Assembly (NCBI GenBank): GCA_020536535.1
Contig: JAHLWZ010000113.1
Location: 1-64,000 of the forward strand
DNA from: Pelomyxa schiedti
Taxonomy: Eukaryota; Protista; Evosea
DNA length: 64,000 nt
Reading direction: 5' to 3'
Shown piece by piece: positions 51,601 through 64,000 of this stretch. Below the pieces are notes generated by a model. It did no database searches and was not told where the DNA came from. It was given only the letters and a program-made list of their open reading frames with translations. Within the stretch, counting starts at the first letter, position 1. Each line of letters opens with the position of its first letter. The position numbers and the translations under genes are program-made.

Positions 51601-53793
51601 GTGATGGTATATTCAAAGAAACTTTTTTTTTGTTTTGAGTGTCTCCTAGAAAACGGAGTCACGCCATTGATGACTGCTGTTTCCAAGGGAAAAAGAAAAT
51701 GTGCAGAAATAGTAAGTTTTCTTATTTCTCGTACAAAAGGATTAACCTCCCCCAGATTTTAAAAAAATTTATCGCCACTTTGAATTCTGTTGATAAATTG
51801 GGACGAACAGGTGACAGTACTTTTTTTTTTACTCTTGTTCTAAAAATAAAAAAGCACTGCACTGGGCATCTTTTTATGGTGCCACCGATTGCGTATCACT
51901 TCTTCTTGACAAACACGCAAATGTTTTTTTTTTTACCCTTTACCCACTGTTTTAACTTGATCAGGTTAACAGCCTTGATCACAATGCTGTGTCGCCTCTT
52001 GCTATGGCTGCTTGTACTGGAAACGTGCAAATTGTGCAACTCTTGATGAGTAAGAACGCAGATACCACAGCCGTGTCTCATACTGGAGCATCGATATTAC
52101 ATTACGCTTGCATTGGTGGCTATGCTCCAATCATTAATGCACTCTTGTCAGCCCAAGTCGATGTAGTTACCAACCCAATACTTCTCGTGGAACACTGCCG
52201 ATTTATTTCTGTAGGTATTGGCTCGTGACAACCTTCGCCGGACACCAATCCATGTGGCTTCCCACAATGGTCATCCTCATATATGTGCCCTTCTCATAAG
52301 TTGGGGTTCCGCTGTAAATCCTTTTGATTTGTATCGCCGTACCCCACTTGCCTATGCAGCTGCTAACGGCGATGCTCTTGTTGTCAAACGGCTTCTCGAT
52401 GAGGGTGCTAACCCCAATGTACTTTTTCCCTCTATCTTATCCAACTGTTAAAACATTACAGGCCGAAGATGCTGCAGGTCTCACCCCACTGAAAATCGCC
52501 CAAAGCAAGGTTAAAAGAAACAACCTGATCCTTCTCTAACCATTCTTTAGGGACATATCCACTGTGCAGAACTTCTTTCTGGGAAAGCATCCGATTTTTC
52601 TTTCCTAAGGAAGACCAAAGTTTGTTTCGATTTTAATGCACGCGATGAGACGGAGATTAGTATCAGAGTTGGGGACATTGTAAATGTATTGTGGGAGCAT
52701 GACAGCGGTTGGTGGAAAGGCGAGCTAAATGGAAACTCAGGACTTTTCCCAAGTAATTACTGTGAACTTATTCCAAATTCTTCCCCACATGCAAACTTGG
52801 CATCACCTTCTGTAATGTTGACCTCAAGCCAATCCACCACATCTGCAACCACATCAGTTCCATCACCAACTGCGGCAAGGTCGCAGGACCAACCTTTGCA
52901 AAACATGCCATCCCAAATGAGGACAGTACCTCTCTCAAAGGTATCTCAAACGCAACAATCACAAGCACCCAAAATTTCACGTACAGCCTCTAAGAATCCT
53001 TCTCCAACAATTACCCCTGCAACTTCAAGAATGCATACACCTCCTACATCCCGAGCTTTCCTGCCACCACCCACAGCAAAAACTGCATCCTCTCGCCTTT
53101 CCTCTCGATTAGATACTCCAAGAGTACGATCCCCGACACCGCCAGTATCCCGGGATAAAGTAATACCCAGAAATAAGCCGCCCGCACCTCCAACATCAGC
53201 GTCGTCACAAATGAAGTCAACAATAACTCCCAGAAGCAGTACCATACCTAGTTCAACACAAATTCACCGAACATCAAAGTCAGCAGAATCATTACACGAG
53301 CGTGTAGCAGTAGCATCACCCCCTGCTTCACCAAACAAGCCGGCTACCATCATAACCTTGCCTTCTTCAATTAAACCACTGCCACACTCCGACCCTTTTG
53401 AACGGCTCTACGCTGTATGATGTCTTTTTGCCCACTCTTCTATAAAGCCTTTCCAACTCTTTTTGAAAAGGATGCCGAAAGGAAAAAGCTTCTTCTGGAG
53501 GAGAAAAGAAGAGGTTTAGCCTAACACCCTGATCCGTCATTTAACTCGTAGCAATAGCTCTTGAACAAGACCGGGAGTGTACATATTCCCCCCAGATAAA
53601 CAAAAACTCCGCCAAAATGATGCGTCCAGGAGCCCCAATGTCTGTTGTGGATAGGTTGTATACACCAAGGTATCAACTTTGCTTCTTCACCTTTCCTTCA
53701 TTAATGTCTGTACAAGGTCCTAAACAAAACGGCCTTGTTGGGAATGCAGTCACACACCCAAAAAGAATTTCCCTCTTTGTTGAGGAGAAATAG
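48661..53793 (+). CDS. Long ankyrin-repeat protein (more than 20 repeats) with SH3 domain and S/P/T-rich tail; many introns
   Basis: Many (T/S)PLH ankyrin motifs at 48.7-52.5 kb; SH3 FDFNARDETEISIRVGDIV..GWWKGELNGNSGLFPSNY. Confidence 0.9.
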
Positions 53794-53832
53794 AATTTTA
53801 AAAAAAAAAAAACAAACAAAAACCCTTGTCAA

Positions 53833-56800
53833 TTAGCTCTTTGACTTGGATTTCTTTGGTTTTGGGGTTGTGTCTACCTTGTGCTTCTTTCCTGACCTTG
53901 AGCTTGTGGCCGGTTCTTTTGGTGGCCTTTTCTTGCTCTTGTGTGTTTTTTTGCCTTTGTGTGCGTGTTCCCCGTCATCACCGGCGTCTTCATCGTCTTC
54001 ATCAACTTTAGGTTCATCATTAGCTTCCTCCTCGTTACTGTCAGCGTCAGTATCTGGGTCCGAGGTTGCCGGGTCAGAGGCACTCAAATCGGAGTCATCG
54101 GTTGGTGGTTCGTCCTTTTTGCTACTTGCAACTGACTCCTTTTCCAATACTTCTCCCTCGATGTTACGCGACTTGAGTGTTCCTGACGGTACAAAATGTG
54201 ATTGAGAAAGGTTCTTAGTTTGGAAAAAGGCACTATACCTATTTGTAAAATGCCTTCAGCATCCAGTGATGAGAATACTCGTCTCATTTCTAAAATGAAA
54301 CGCTCTATTACTCTCTTCACGGCTGGGACGTCTCTCACAAGTGCTGCATTGTGTTCCCCTTTCCCGTGTTCACAAAGAATCTACACAGTGAGTTAGGTAC
54401 ACTTATCCAAGGAAGGAATCAGTACCTGCAGCCTTCTAATGCCCTTCTGTGCAAGAGAAAGGATCTTTATGATTTGACTGTCGTTGTTCAGCAGGTTTGC
54501 TTTAACAATGGCAATGTTTCTGATAAAGCAAAACAGGAATGTCTTGCCAAATTTTAGACTCTTCTTCAGAATGAATCTTGGTAATTGTTTAAAAATTTGT
54601 CCCCACAGGAATTGGGAAGGTGTTGGAGTTACTTGCTACAAAAAGCAGTCTTTGAGTGCTTGGTGTACTCCAGTAAATGATAGAATAGATTCACATACAG
54701 CTCAACACTTTGTAAAAATACTTGTGGCTCTGTATTTGGTCAAATGCGTGCCAGTAAGAGCAGAGTTACCTGTTTTATTTGCCAGTGCCATTACTACTGC
54801 AAACCCAGTATTAACATGATCGAATGCAACCGCATAATAGATATCCAAAGTCCCTGATGAGAGTGTATTGTAGATAACCTCTTTTCTTTTGCTAACAGTA
54901 GTAGTGTGATCAGAAGGCGGCACTTGGTTATTCGCGTCCGCCGCACCATCTGTTGCAACCTCTTCAGGGTCTGGGGATGTCAAAGTCTCGGCAAGTGCAA
55001 GCATTTCGCGGCAAATAATTGTGTGAAGTGTATCATGTGGCGAAAATGAAATCCAGCTTTGGAGAAGGTACTTGACTATGTCTTCTTGTCCACTAAGGGA
55101 TTCACTCCACTTGCGAGCAAGAAAACTTCCTGCAAGTTCGCTAACTTGGCGCTTGTGTTCTTTCAAGTCTGCAGTGATTTTGACACTCCCAAATGGTGAA
55201 CAAGGAGCCGCTGCTGTAGAGGCAAGAATACCGGAAGGCTTGGGAGGGTCTTGTCCAGAGAGCGCAGAAAGGAGCCCAACAAGCGCCATGGCGGCATACA
55301 GATACTTTACGCCATCTGCCATATTTAAAAACCTTTCAAAAGCCTGTCAACGATAGTATTAGTACAGTTTTCTCTTCTATTCGATATACAGCATGAAATT
55401 GGGCACTGGGATCAGTGAGGCCTTTTGGTGCAAGGGCATTCAACAGTCCCTGTCCATCAATAAAACCGGAAGTCATTGGTATAATTGCACACTTGTTGTA
55501 ATTTTGCGGCCTCCGGGTGTTTGATGTGGGAGAGGGATCTGGTCATAGTTTCGAAGCACTGTAACCCCATATACATGCATCGAGAGAGTATAGAAATGGA
55601 CTTTTCACCCTCTGTTGCTATCCTGATTTGTGCGCATGCCTAGATGGAAGTAGGAAACAGTGAAGAGGCAGTTTAACAAACTTTGTCCAAATGTATAGCT
55701 AGGGGATGCATTAGCATTGGTAAATAGCTTGTTGTTCGAGTGGCACTAGCTGGCTTAAATGGTTCTGTTTGTGTGGGAGCGCTAAAAGGAACTTTCTTTT
55801 GTTGTGAACAAAATTCATGCAGAATTGTTTCATGAAGTTCTCTCACTAATACCTCCAAGGCCAGTGGCTAGAATAGGAGAATATGAGAATATGAGAAAGA
55901 GCAAAGAACACGGCAGACATACGTCCAGTTGTACTGCCGTTTTACTGGTGGTATCCGAGCCAGAAGCTCGTTGGTAAGCTAATATTTTCAGTGTCCGTAA
56001 CTGGCAGGAACGGTTAACTTCTGGAAGAATGAGAGAAGACACAACCTCTAGCTCCCTGAAAAAGGGTCGCAGAGTATCAACTAGTGGAAAACACCCCAGA
56101 GTTGGTTGCAGCTTAGGAAACTTGAACAACTTGAAAGGAAAATGGCAAAACCCACTTTTTTTGACTTTTTCCCAACACCCAGGCTTGGTGATTTCTGGCC
56201 CCATAAAATCCCCGGTGAAAGTGTGAAATTTGTGTGTGATTTAAGAACATCTTCCAGCTTAGCTTCGAGTTCTGTGATTTGTTGTAATCGTTCCAAAACG
56301 TGACCTTTATAAAGTCATTATCAATTTTGTACCAAGAGGGGTACTTTGGATATCGATATTATCAGAATTATGAAAAACGTTCAGTAGTTCCCGAAACCTG
56401 TAACGAATTTAACGGAGAAGAGCCAACAATAGAAAAGATACCATTGTATGGAAAAGAAAAGAGTTTGGCAGACCGAATTCCTTCCCTGTGAGGTTTTTAA
56501 GAGTTCCTAAATCACTGTTAGATGACTGCATAGATTGGAAGGAATCGGACTATTGGATCCTAAACCTCCTGATTGTTTTCATCAAACATTTTAAGTGGAC
56601 AGCTGAGCAACGGCTCTAAGTCTGCAAAGGCCGCGTCTGAAGTGTGTTTCAAAGTGAGAGACAGTAATCTGAAATGGGGACACAGTGTTTCCAATAAATT
56701 GTGACTATCTGCCTGCTTGTTTTAAGAAGTGGCAAAATTCTAAGAAAACACACCAGCGGCATGATGTTAATTACGGTATCTGAATCCTACAATGAAATTG

Positions 56801-59662
56801 AACTTTGGGGGGCAAGAATTTGATGGATATACTTCAGAAAGATTATACCACAGTTCATTAGGAGATTCGATTGGGGCAGTGAAATTGGACATGAAGTCCT
56901 CTTTTGTAATCCTACGTGGTCGTAAATCACTTGAAGATCTACATATAGGCACACAAGGCAAGTTGTTTCAAGACTTCAGGGTGAACGGTGGCTCGAGGTA
57001 CAAAAATAGTGCTTGAGAGTTCATCCATCATGAAAGAAAGTGAAGTGGAATTTTTGCAGCAGGAATGAAGCATCTCGAACAAAACATTAAGGCAATCTGA
57101 GGCATCTTCGGGCATATCTAAACGGAATGTGAATAATGTAGTAATGTTCAATGACATACCCGTGTTGATTGGTGTTTCGTGTGCAATTCGTTTAATTAAG
57201 GCTGCAGCGCCAACAATACCCATTAACTTATATTTGAAGTTAGGGTGCCCAAGTTGTTTCCTTATCAACATGCTGAAATCGCTGTGTAATAAGTCATCTT
57301 TTATAAGCTGGTTCTATAAAAGATCAATCAATACAAGAAGGGGGGTGCTCTCCTACATTTTGCCAATGGAAAGAAAGTGAACTTAATACAGAATACAATC
57401 TTCTTATTTGCACAGGCGACATATTATCGATGTGTTCAAGTACTCCTATTAAGCCTCAGGAGTGTACCCTAAAACAAGCTTCAAGGAAACCTTTGATCTG
57501 CCCAATAAATTCTCCCAATACTCCTCGAGATGTGTTCGTTAGTTCCTCTAAGGCAGAAAGAGCTGCATTGGATTCCACCGCCTGGAAAATTTAGCTTCTA
57601 TGTATTTCCTTCTGGGGCTTACATTGCATGAGGACAAATGAGTTATAAGGGCATTCAATATTTCCTGTGTTGGGCAGCATATATGAGGTGTGGAAGAATT
57701 TTAGGGAAAAGTAAAAGTACTTGACGTGCATAATGGTCACCAAATGCGGAAAAAGCACCACTATAGATAAATGATGCAAAGTCTCGTGTAGAGGAAATTG
57801 TTGCTCTCATCAAAGGTTCCGTTAGGGAAATAAGCTGAGGCATGTACCTGTTGAAAAGTAAGCTATGAATAGAGTGAAATTTAGAACTCTCACTCTAAAC
57901 AGGCATCTGGATGCTTGAATACACCTTGTGTGAAGAGTTTTTGAGTAAAATGGTTTGTGTCTATTTTGGACTTGAAAAGACTTTCGACTGCTTTACGCTG
58001 ACTAGAAACAGTGTGAATAAGGAGAAGTAAGATAATGTCAATGGAGGTGTGGTCATTCTGATAGAGGTGAGATGGTCGGATTGGTGATAACAGCTACGCA
58101 CTGGATCTGTTATGGTCTTAATGGCCTTCAGAAAAGCTTCAGAAAGGTCTTTGCTGAATCTAATACCATTGCGTATTGCTTCTGTGCATGTTTTAATATA
58201 CCACCATACCTGATGGGGAAAAACCAAGTGTGAATCTTTCATCAAGCTGGGAAGCTTTATTTTTACTGTGCAGTGAAGTTCTGAACGCGTACTCCAGTGA
58301 TGTCCTCATTTCATCAATGACCTTTTTTTTTGGATTTGGATCCATCCTTGTAAATAAAAAGCTTACCTTCTTCATTGTGGATGGTGTCACTGAGTGAAGG
58401 AGAAAGCTTATGAGTATAGCCAATTCGTCAGTGTTTACAGATCCTAGAGTTTCAATAGCACGAGACTGTACCTTTACCTGTTGGAGTAAGTGGTTAAAAA
58501 TCGGTAATGGAAGCATGCCAGGATATCGTCCGGTAAATTTAGGTTAGCCAGTGTATCTAGAACAGTTCCAGTAAATCCTGGGTGTTCGAGGAATGATTGA
58601 ACAGTATCTAAAACTTTCTAGAAAAGCCATCAGTCAAATAGTATGTACTAGAAGAAATACTGGATGTTCGCTTTCTGAGATCATGTCAGGGAGGGCACCT
58701 AGTATTTCTTTCTGCAAATCTGGAGCGCAAACTGACAGAACTTCTAGTACTTTGTTTGTAAATCTGACGAATGTCAATTCGTTTGTTTCAAGTGCTCAAT
58801 TAACCTAGCGGAATCTTCTTTGGTATCTATCCACCTCAGATGCCCTAAAATAAGTGGCACGATTGGTGTATCACTCCTGCAAGGCAAATCAGTTTTGAAA
58901 GGTCAACGAGGGGGAAATACTTTATCTCCTCTGTTAACTGTGGCAGTTTTTCCATAAGAAAATCCACCAAAGTGGGTTGAACTTGTGTAGCTGCAAGGAG
59001 AACTTTAATTAGAGAACGCCGCAAGCTCTGAAACTGAGACCTTTTAGGTGGGGAGGTGGGTGATATTTGTCAGAGAGACTTAGAACTCACGTAGAAAGAG
59101 TTGTCTCAGAAAGTGGCTCAAGAGCTTTTTCAAGCTCACCATCATCCGAAAAGAGTGTTTTCATTCCGTCAAGAAAATTTCCCAAAAGGGCTTCATTCAT
59201 CATCGAAAGATTTGAACACAAATGACGCTCGAATTTCATGGCATCTGAGACTGAATACAAGATAGGTAGGAATTTTGCTTAAGGAGGAGGGAAAACAAAC
59301 AAACCTGTATACGACTCCAACTTGTCAGAGGGCACCTTGACCCCGCTTTCGCTTAGAATCTTGAGAAATTTGACAACATTTGGCTTTGCAGCACTAGTAA
59401 TGTTTCTCTGTGACGAAGGAGGAGGCTTTGTAGCAGGCACAGATCCACCGGAACTGCGCGGCACTTGAGACTGAGCGAGCGGCGTGCCAGCAGATCTCGT
59501 TCCCGCCGCGGCCGTGCTGCTTAGTTTGACCGGCACGTTGTTTCTTGGCGTGGCCTGTGTCGACCTGGGGCCTGAATCAGTAGCACTGGATCTAGATTGT
59601 GTCGAAGATGCGGTTGCTCGCTTACTGCCATCCGCCGGTTCCTTCCCCTTGTCTCGCCTCAT
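53833..59662 (-). CDS. FANCD2: Fanconi anemia group D2 protein homolog; many introns
   Basis: MLIRKQLGHPNFKYKLMGIVGA (monoubiquitinated-Lys motif), SLIKVLL..QVQPTLVDFLMEKLP, and C-terminal VPAVKRVIERFI followed by an acidic tail. Confidence 0.9.
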
Positions 59663-59856
59663 TTTCCGTTTTATTCGGTATCTATTGAGTGAATAAGAAG
59701 AGGCAGAAGGTCGTTCAGTTGACTGACACCACTGCCCCACGGAGCTTTCTGTGTACACTCTGACCACTCATTGTAGGGAGTGGGCGGTTGAAAGAGGACT
59801 TCTCAGGGGACGGTTTTCTCTGAAAAAACGGTTGTGATCATTTTCGGGGTAATTAA
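59663..59856. promoter_or_regulatory. Putative bidirectional promoter (FANCD2 / hypothetical gene)
   Basis: 194 nt between divergent ATGs, with an outward-facing AAAACGG motif near each start. Confidence 0.5.
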
Positions 59857-60798
59857 ATGGAGGAGTACGCGTCTGAGCTGGCGAGGCTTATTGGTGAGGT
59901 GCCACGTCGGGATGACGAGAGACCCGCTTTCGTAAGGTTGAGGGACATGCGATCTCAGGTGCCAAATATGACGTCAGTTGCCTGCATGCTTTTCCCACTC
60001 GCTTTTCTCGGAGCGAACTAGCGAAAGCTTCTCATTAAATACAAAAAACAAAAAACCCCCCTTTGTGACTTCGTTCGTGTGGCGGTGCAGGTGCTGTTGG
60101 CGAGATACCCTTACGACAGTGGATATGCGTACATCGCAGCCAAAGATGGAGTGAATAAAGTAGTCGTAGACACTAAGGTTTCTTTTTTCTTTTTTCTATT
60201 TATTTGTTTTTGTTTTTCACCTTTTTCTTCTCTGGTTTTTCGTTTCTACACAGGACTGGGTGCAAGGTCTCATTGGAACGATTGACCAAACGTGTAAGAG
60301 TTTATTAGCTCGGCGCGAGTGCGTTTACGCCAGAGACCAGTTGGCTGCCATTCTCGCATTTTTCAATCACGTGAAATTGCCGGCTTTCCACGCAACAACT
60401 GTAAGTATTATGCAGTCTTCAGAAGAGGACTTTGAGCATACTGAACCAGTTGGCTCCAATCCTAGTGTTTCTTTGTGCCTACTCACTCCGCCAAGTGAGA
60501 GTGGAGAAGAACCAAAAACCGCCATATTGTCTCTGGACGGTGATGGTAATTGCCGAATTTCTGCCCCTCTTCTATGAATACTGTTAATTATAAACTAACG
60601 TTCCCAAACAACACTCTCACCCCAAACAAAACAAAACAAAACAAAACAAAACAAAACAAAACTCAACCACCAGGGATGGTAACAATTGAAGAGGAGTCAC
60701 TCAACGATTCTGACACACCATTCCACCTACACTTTTGTGAGAGCAACACTGACTCAGCAACCAACTCCCTTCCTCCAACAAACTCACGAGGCTCCTGA
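59857..60798 (+). CDS. Hypothetical lineage-specific protein; 3 introns
   Basis: Spliced frame MEEYASELARL...VLLARYPYDSG...ECVYARDQLAAILAF...GMVTIEEE...RGS*. No known domain. Confidence 0.55.
60624..60662. repeat. (AAAAC)n pentanucleotide microsatellite in an intron
   Basis: About 7-8 consecutive AAAAC units. Confidence 0.9.
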
Positions 60799-60911
60799 GT
60801 CTCCAGTACTCGCCAATCCTCAGTCTCTGACAACTCCCCGTACAGCATCAAAAAAAAATATTTTTTTCCCTGTTTTTTGCCCTTGATCCGACGAAAAAAA
60901 CAAGGGTGGAT

Positions 60912-63900
60912 ATGGAGCAGCACCTTGCGTCTTACATTCGGAATTTCATGTCCGGGAGCTACACTCCAGCCATCAAATCAATTGATGCAGCCATTGAGTG
61001 CCTGGTCGCTCAGTCGCAGGGCTCGGGGCTGAGGGAGCAGCAACTTGCGTCGCTGTACTGCAACAAGGCAGAGATATACAACAAGTTGGGGCTCACGAAA
61101 CACTGCGCCCAGGGGTACACAAAGGCCATCGAGAGCGACCCGGACTGCGCAGTTGCTTACCTGAGACTGGGCGATCTGATGCTCAAATCTGGTAAGGCCA
61201 GCGAGGCGGCAGATCTGTACTCCAGGGGGGCGATGTCTAGATTTGGACTCTTGAGTGACGTGTGTGTGTTCGTCTCGCTGACCGAGAGGCTCAGGCACAT
61301 CGAATCTCTGGGATCTCCCGGTCAATCTGAGACTGGGGAAGTTCCCGTCGTTGCTCCTCAGCCTCCTTCCGCCTCAGTTTCGTCATCTTCGTCGTCCTCT
61401 GGGTCTCCGAACCAGATTCGGGTTGTGGAATCTCCAAAAGTGGCCGTTGGAGCTCCCCGAGATGCCATGCCAGTTTCGTCAACATCAACGCCAACGGTTC
61501 AACCTCGGTTTTCGCTGAACAAGCAACGGCCGGAACCCGAAGATACGATATCTGCTGTTGCCAATGTGTCTGTTGCCGCTGCCCACGTTGCTGAACGAGG
61601 ATTGGTGCAACATGGTACTACTCGATTCATTCACGGCACAATTCCTCTGTATTTAGAAGTGTATATTCATTCGTAAATATGGATGAGAAACCGTTCCATT
61701 CAAGTAATTCATAGGTGTGGGGAATGCTGAAGTGGACAGGAAAATAGCATTGGGTTACCTTCAAGTAAACACTGGAAAACTGGCTGAAGGGATCGAGATA
61801 TTCAATCACCTCCTGGACTTAAATCCTCACATTGTTGCAGCCTATCTTGGAAGAGGCACTGCAATGGCCCTTGCTGGTGATATTAAGGGAGCTCTCCGAG
61901 ATTTCGTATCGGCTATCGACGAGAATCCGAAGTGTAGTGATGCTTACGTTCGGAAGTAACGTCTCCTTTACCGCCTTTTTGAAGCTCATCTATATTAAAG
62001 AGGACAAGCACTGTCCGCTCTTGGTGAAGATAAACAAGCACTCGAATCGATTACACAAGCAGTTGAGATTTTAGCACGGTCCGGCCCGCCAGAGCAAATA
62101 GTCGAACCTCTGCAACAACGTGGACTACTGTTACTAAAAATGCATAATTATACACGTGCTATGCAAGATTTCAAGCAAATCCTTGCCATACAACCTGGGA
62201 GACCAGGCACATGGAACAACTTGGGGATGTGCCTAGCAACAATTGGTTCACCTAGACTTTCTATTGATGCACATGCGAGGGCAGTGGCGTTTGACCCCCA
62301 CTACAGAGAAGCATGGAGCAACATCTCCCAAGCCTGGAAGGAGTTAGGTGTCTTTAAGAAGGCAGCTCAGACATTAGATCAGGCCTTGGAGGCAAGTCCT
62401 TCATACTCTCACGCTCATTACATGTGGGGAATGTTGTGCCATGGCTCCGGCCAGCATTCTCTGGCAATACCACATTTTGACCGCGCGATTTCATGCAACT
62501 CATCGAGTGAGGACCAAGAAGGGATAAGAGGAGGAAACTCTCTTTTGGACTCTCTGCAAATGCGTGGGGTTACCTATCATGCACTGGGGTTGTTTAGGAA
62601 GGCAGTTAGCGATTACGATGCTGTTGTTAAAGTTAGCCCATTTCATGTTGCATGGTATCATAGGGAGTGTGCGCTCTACCTTGCCTCACAGCTTGATACG
62701 CCGCTAGACAAATTTGATTTCGATGCTGGTATGGACCCTTATTTCAAAGAAGCCTGGTGTAAACGACACCACCCTGCCACGCTCAGTAAGTACAATCACC
62801 AGTCCCCCACAATTTTGAATAAAGTACCCGATGTAACGCCATATACTCCTGATTATACCGCCGTACCTCAAGTTGCTGAGCTTGTTCACACCGCCGCAGT
62901 TCTTGGCAGAGCACTGCAGTACAACTCACCAGGATTTCTCCCCAATATCCGACAGTATGCCACTCTGGGTATTGGTGCTCTTAGCACAGCACAGTGGATT
63001 AGGCAGCAAACAGCACCAGTTGTGAGCTCAAGTTGTAAGTGGAGGAATATGTATAGTATAGCATCCAAGTGGAGGCAAATTTCTGAACCAAATGACTCTA
63101 CTTGGTGGGTGGACATGCTTTCACCGGAACAATTCGAAGAAGGATTCGGGTCAACGACCCCCATAATAACTGGCCAAACAAATGTGGTGCGGTACTACCC
63201 TCAATTTGAGAGGGCTTTTGGAATTGTAAAAGCTGCATTATGCTCCCCAACATCTCTTAACACACCACCTGGAATAGTTCCCGATGAAATAATGCTAGCC
63301 AAAGATTGTTCTGACCTCTGGAAGCTCGTTCAACACGATTTCTGGATTGTCACACCTTGTAAGAGTATGTGCTCGCCAGGACGAATTCTGGAAGGCACGA
63401 GACTAACACTCCAAGCAAGTCCACCTGAAGGATTTGAGTTCACAATAAGGACACCCGGAACCCCGCCACGCTGGAAGTTATATGATGAAGAACTATCCTA
63501 TGCGTTCCAAAAATTTGTCCAGTGCTTCCAGAAGGTAATTCAAGAGAGGCAGGATACACCCACGCCACCTCCAACCCCAAATCCAGTTAATACTAGTACG
63601 TACACTCCCGCTGAGATTGCAACAATAGACGCTGCTCTGATCCTGTCATTTTATTGGTATAACTTCATGCCTCTCAGTAGAGGAACCGCAGCGGTTGGTT
63701 ACGTTTGCTTGCATGCCATGCTGCTATCTATAGGCTTCCGGCTTTCAGCAAGAGGAACGCCGCCAAATTTACAAGTTGATTGGGATGCTATCCTCGGGTC
63801 TGATCCGCTAGAATTTGTGGAGACACAAAAGAAGTGGATTTTGAAGTCATTGATAAAGGTTGATCCGGAACAGGTCCAAGCACTACCAATCAAACAAACC

Positions 63901-64000
63901 TGCGCAAGTGTGCGCGGCGCTGTAGCATTCCTCAATGCGACGTGTATCAGGGAATCCAACCTTGTAGAAGACTATGAAATGTGGGAAGACACCACCAACA
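60912..64000 (+). CDS. TTC13: TTC13 / plant SRFR1-like TPR protein (3' end outside window); 2 introns
   Basis: TPR array followed by KWRQISEPNDSTWWVDML, GFGSTTPIITGQTNVVRYYPQFERA, EFTIRTPGTPPRW and YWYNFMPLSRGTAAVG. The open exon from about 62000 runs off the window, so it is absent from the ORF track. Confidence 0.88.

Overview
Gene-dense, intron-rich eukaryotic DNA with 22 protein-coding gene models that I built by hand-splicing the ORF track. Introns are mostly 35-55 nt, with degenerate GT donors, frequent AAG acceptors and several GC-AG cases. The window is most likely amoebozoan (Archamoebae, Pelomyxa-like); this is inferred from an Entamoeba-type transmembrane kinase, a Dictyostelium-type ANK-BTB-bromodomain protein, a Zizimin-type DOCK and an AIG1-like GTPase. 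Recognisable genes: 6-phosphogluconate dehydrogenase, VWA protein, ZIP transporter, beta-lactamase-family serine hydrolase, NUDT16-like Nudix, two GTPases, DUF1152, F-box protein, LamG/EF-hand protein, DOCK, ANK-metallophosphoesterase, LRR surface protein, receptor kinase, Sel1 protein, ANK-SH3 protein, FANCD2 and TTC13/SRFR1 (runs off the window). I saw no rRNA, tRNA, CRISPR array or transposase. Most notable: an LRR gene with one repeat per symmetric phase-2 exon facing a receptor kinase; head-to-head gene pairs with only about 30-200 nt between start codons and a recurrent AAAACGGT upstream motif; a cryptic C1-domain first exon on the DOCK gene; homology-supported GC-AG introns; and two structured intergenic RNA candidates. 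Exon boundaries and some start codons are manual and unverified by transcripts.
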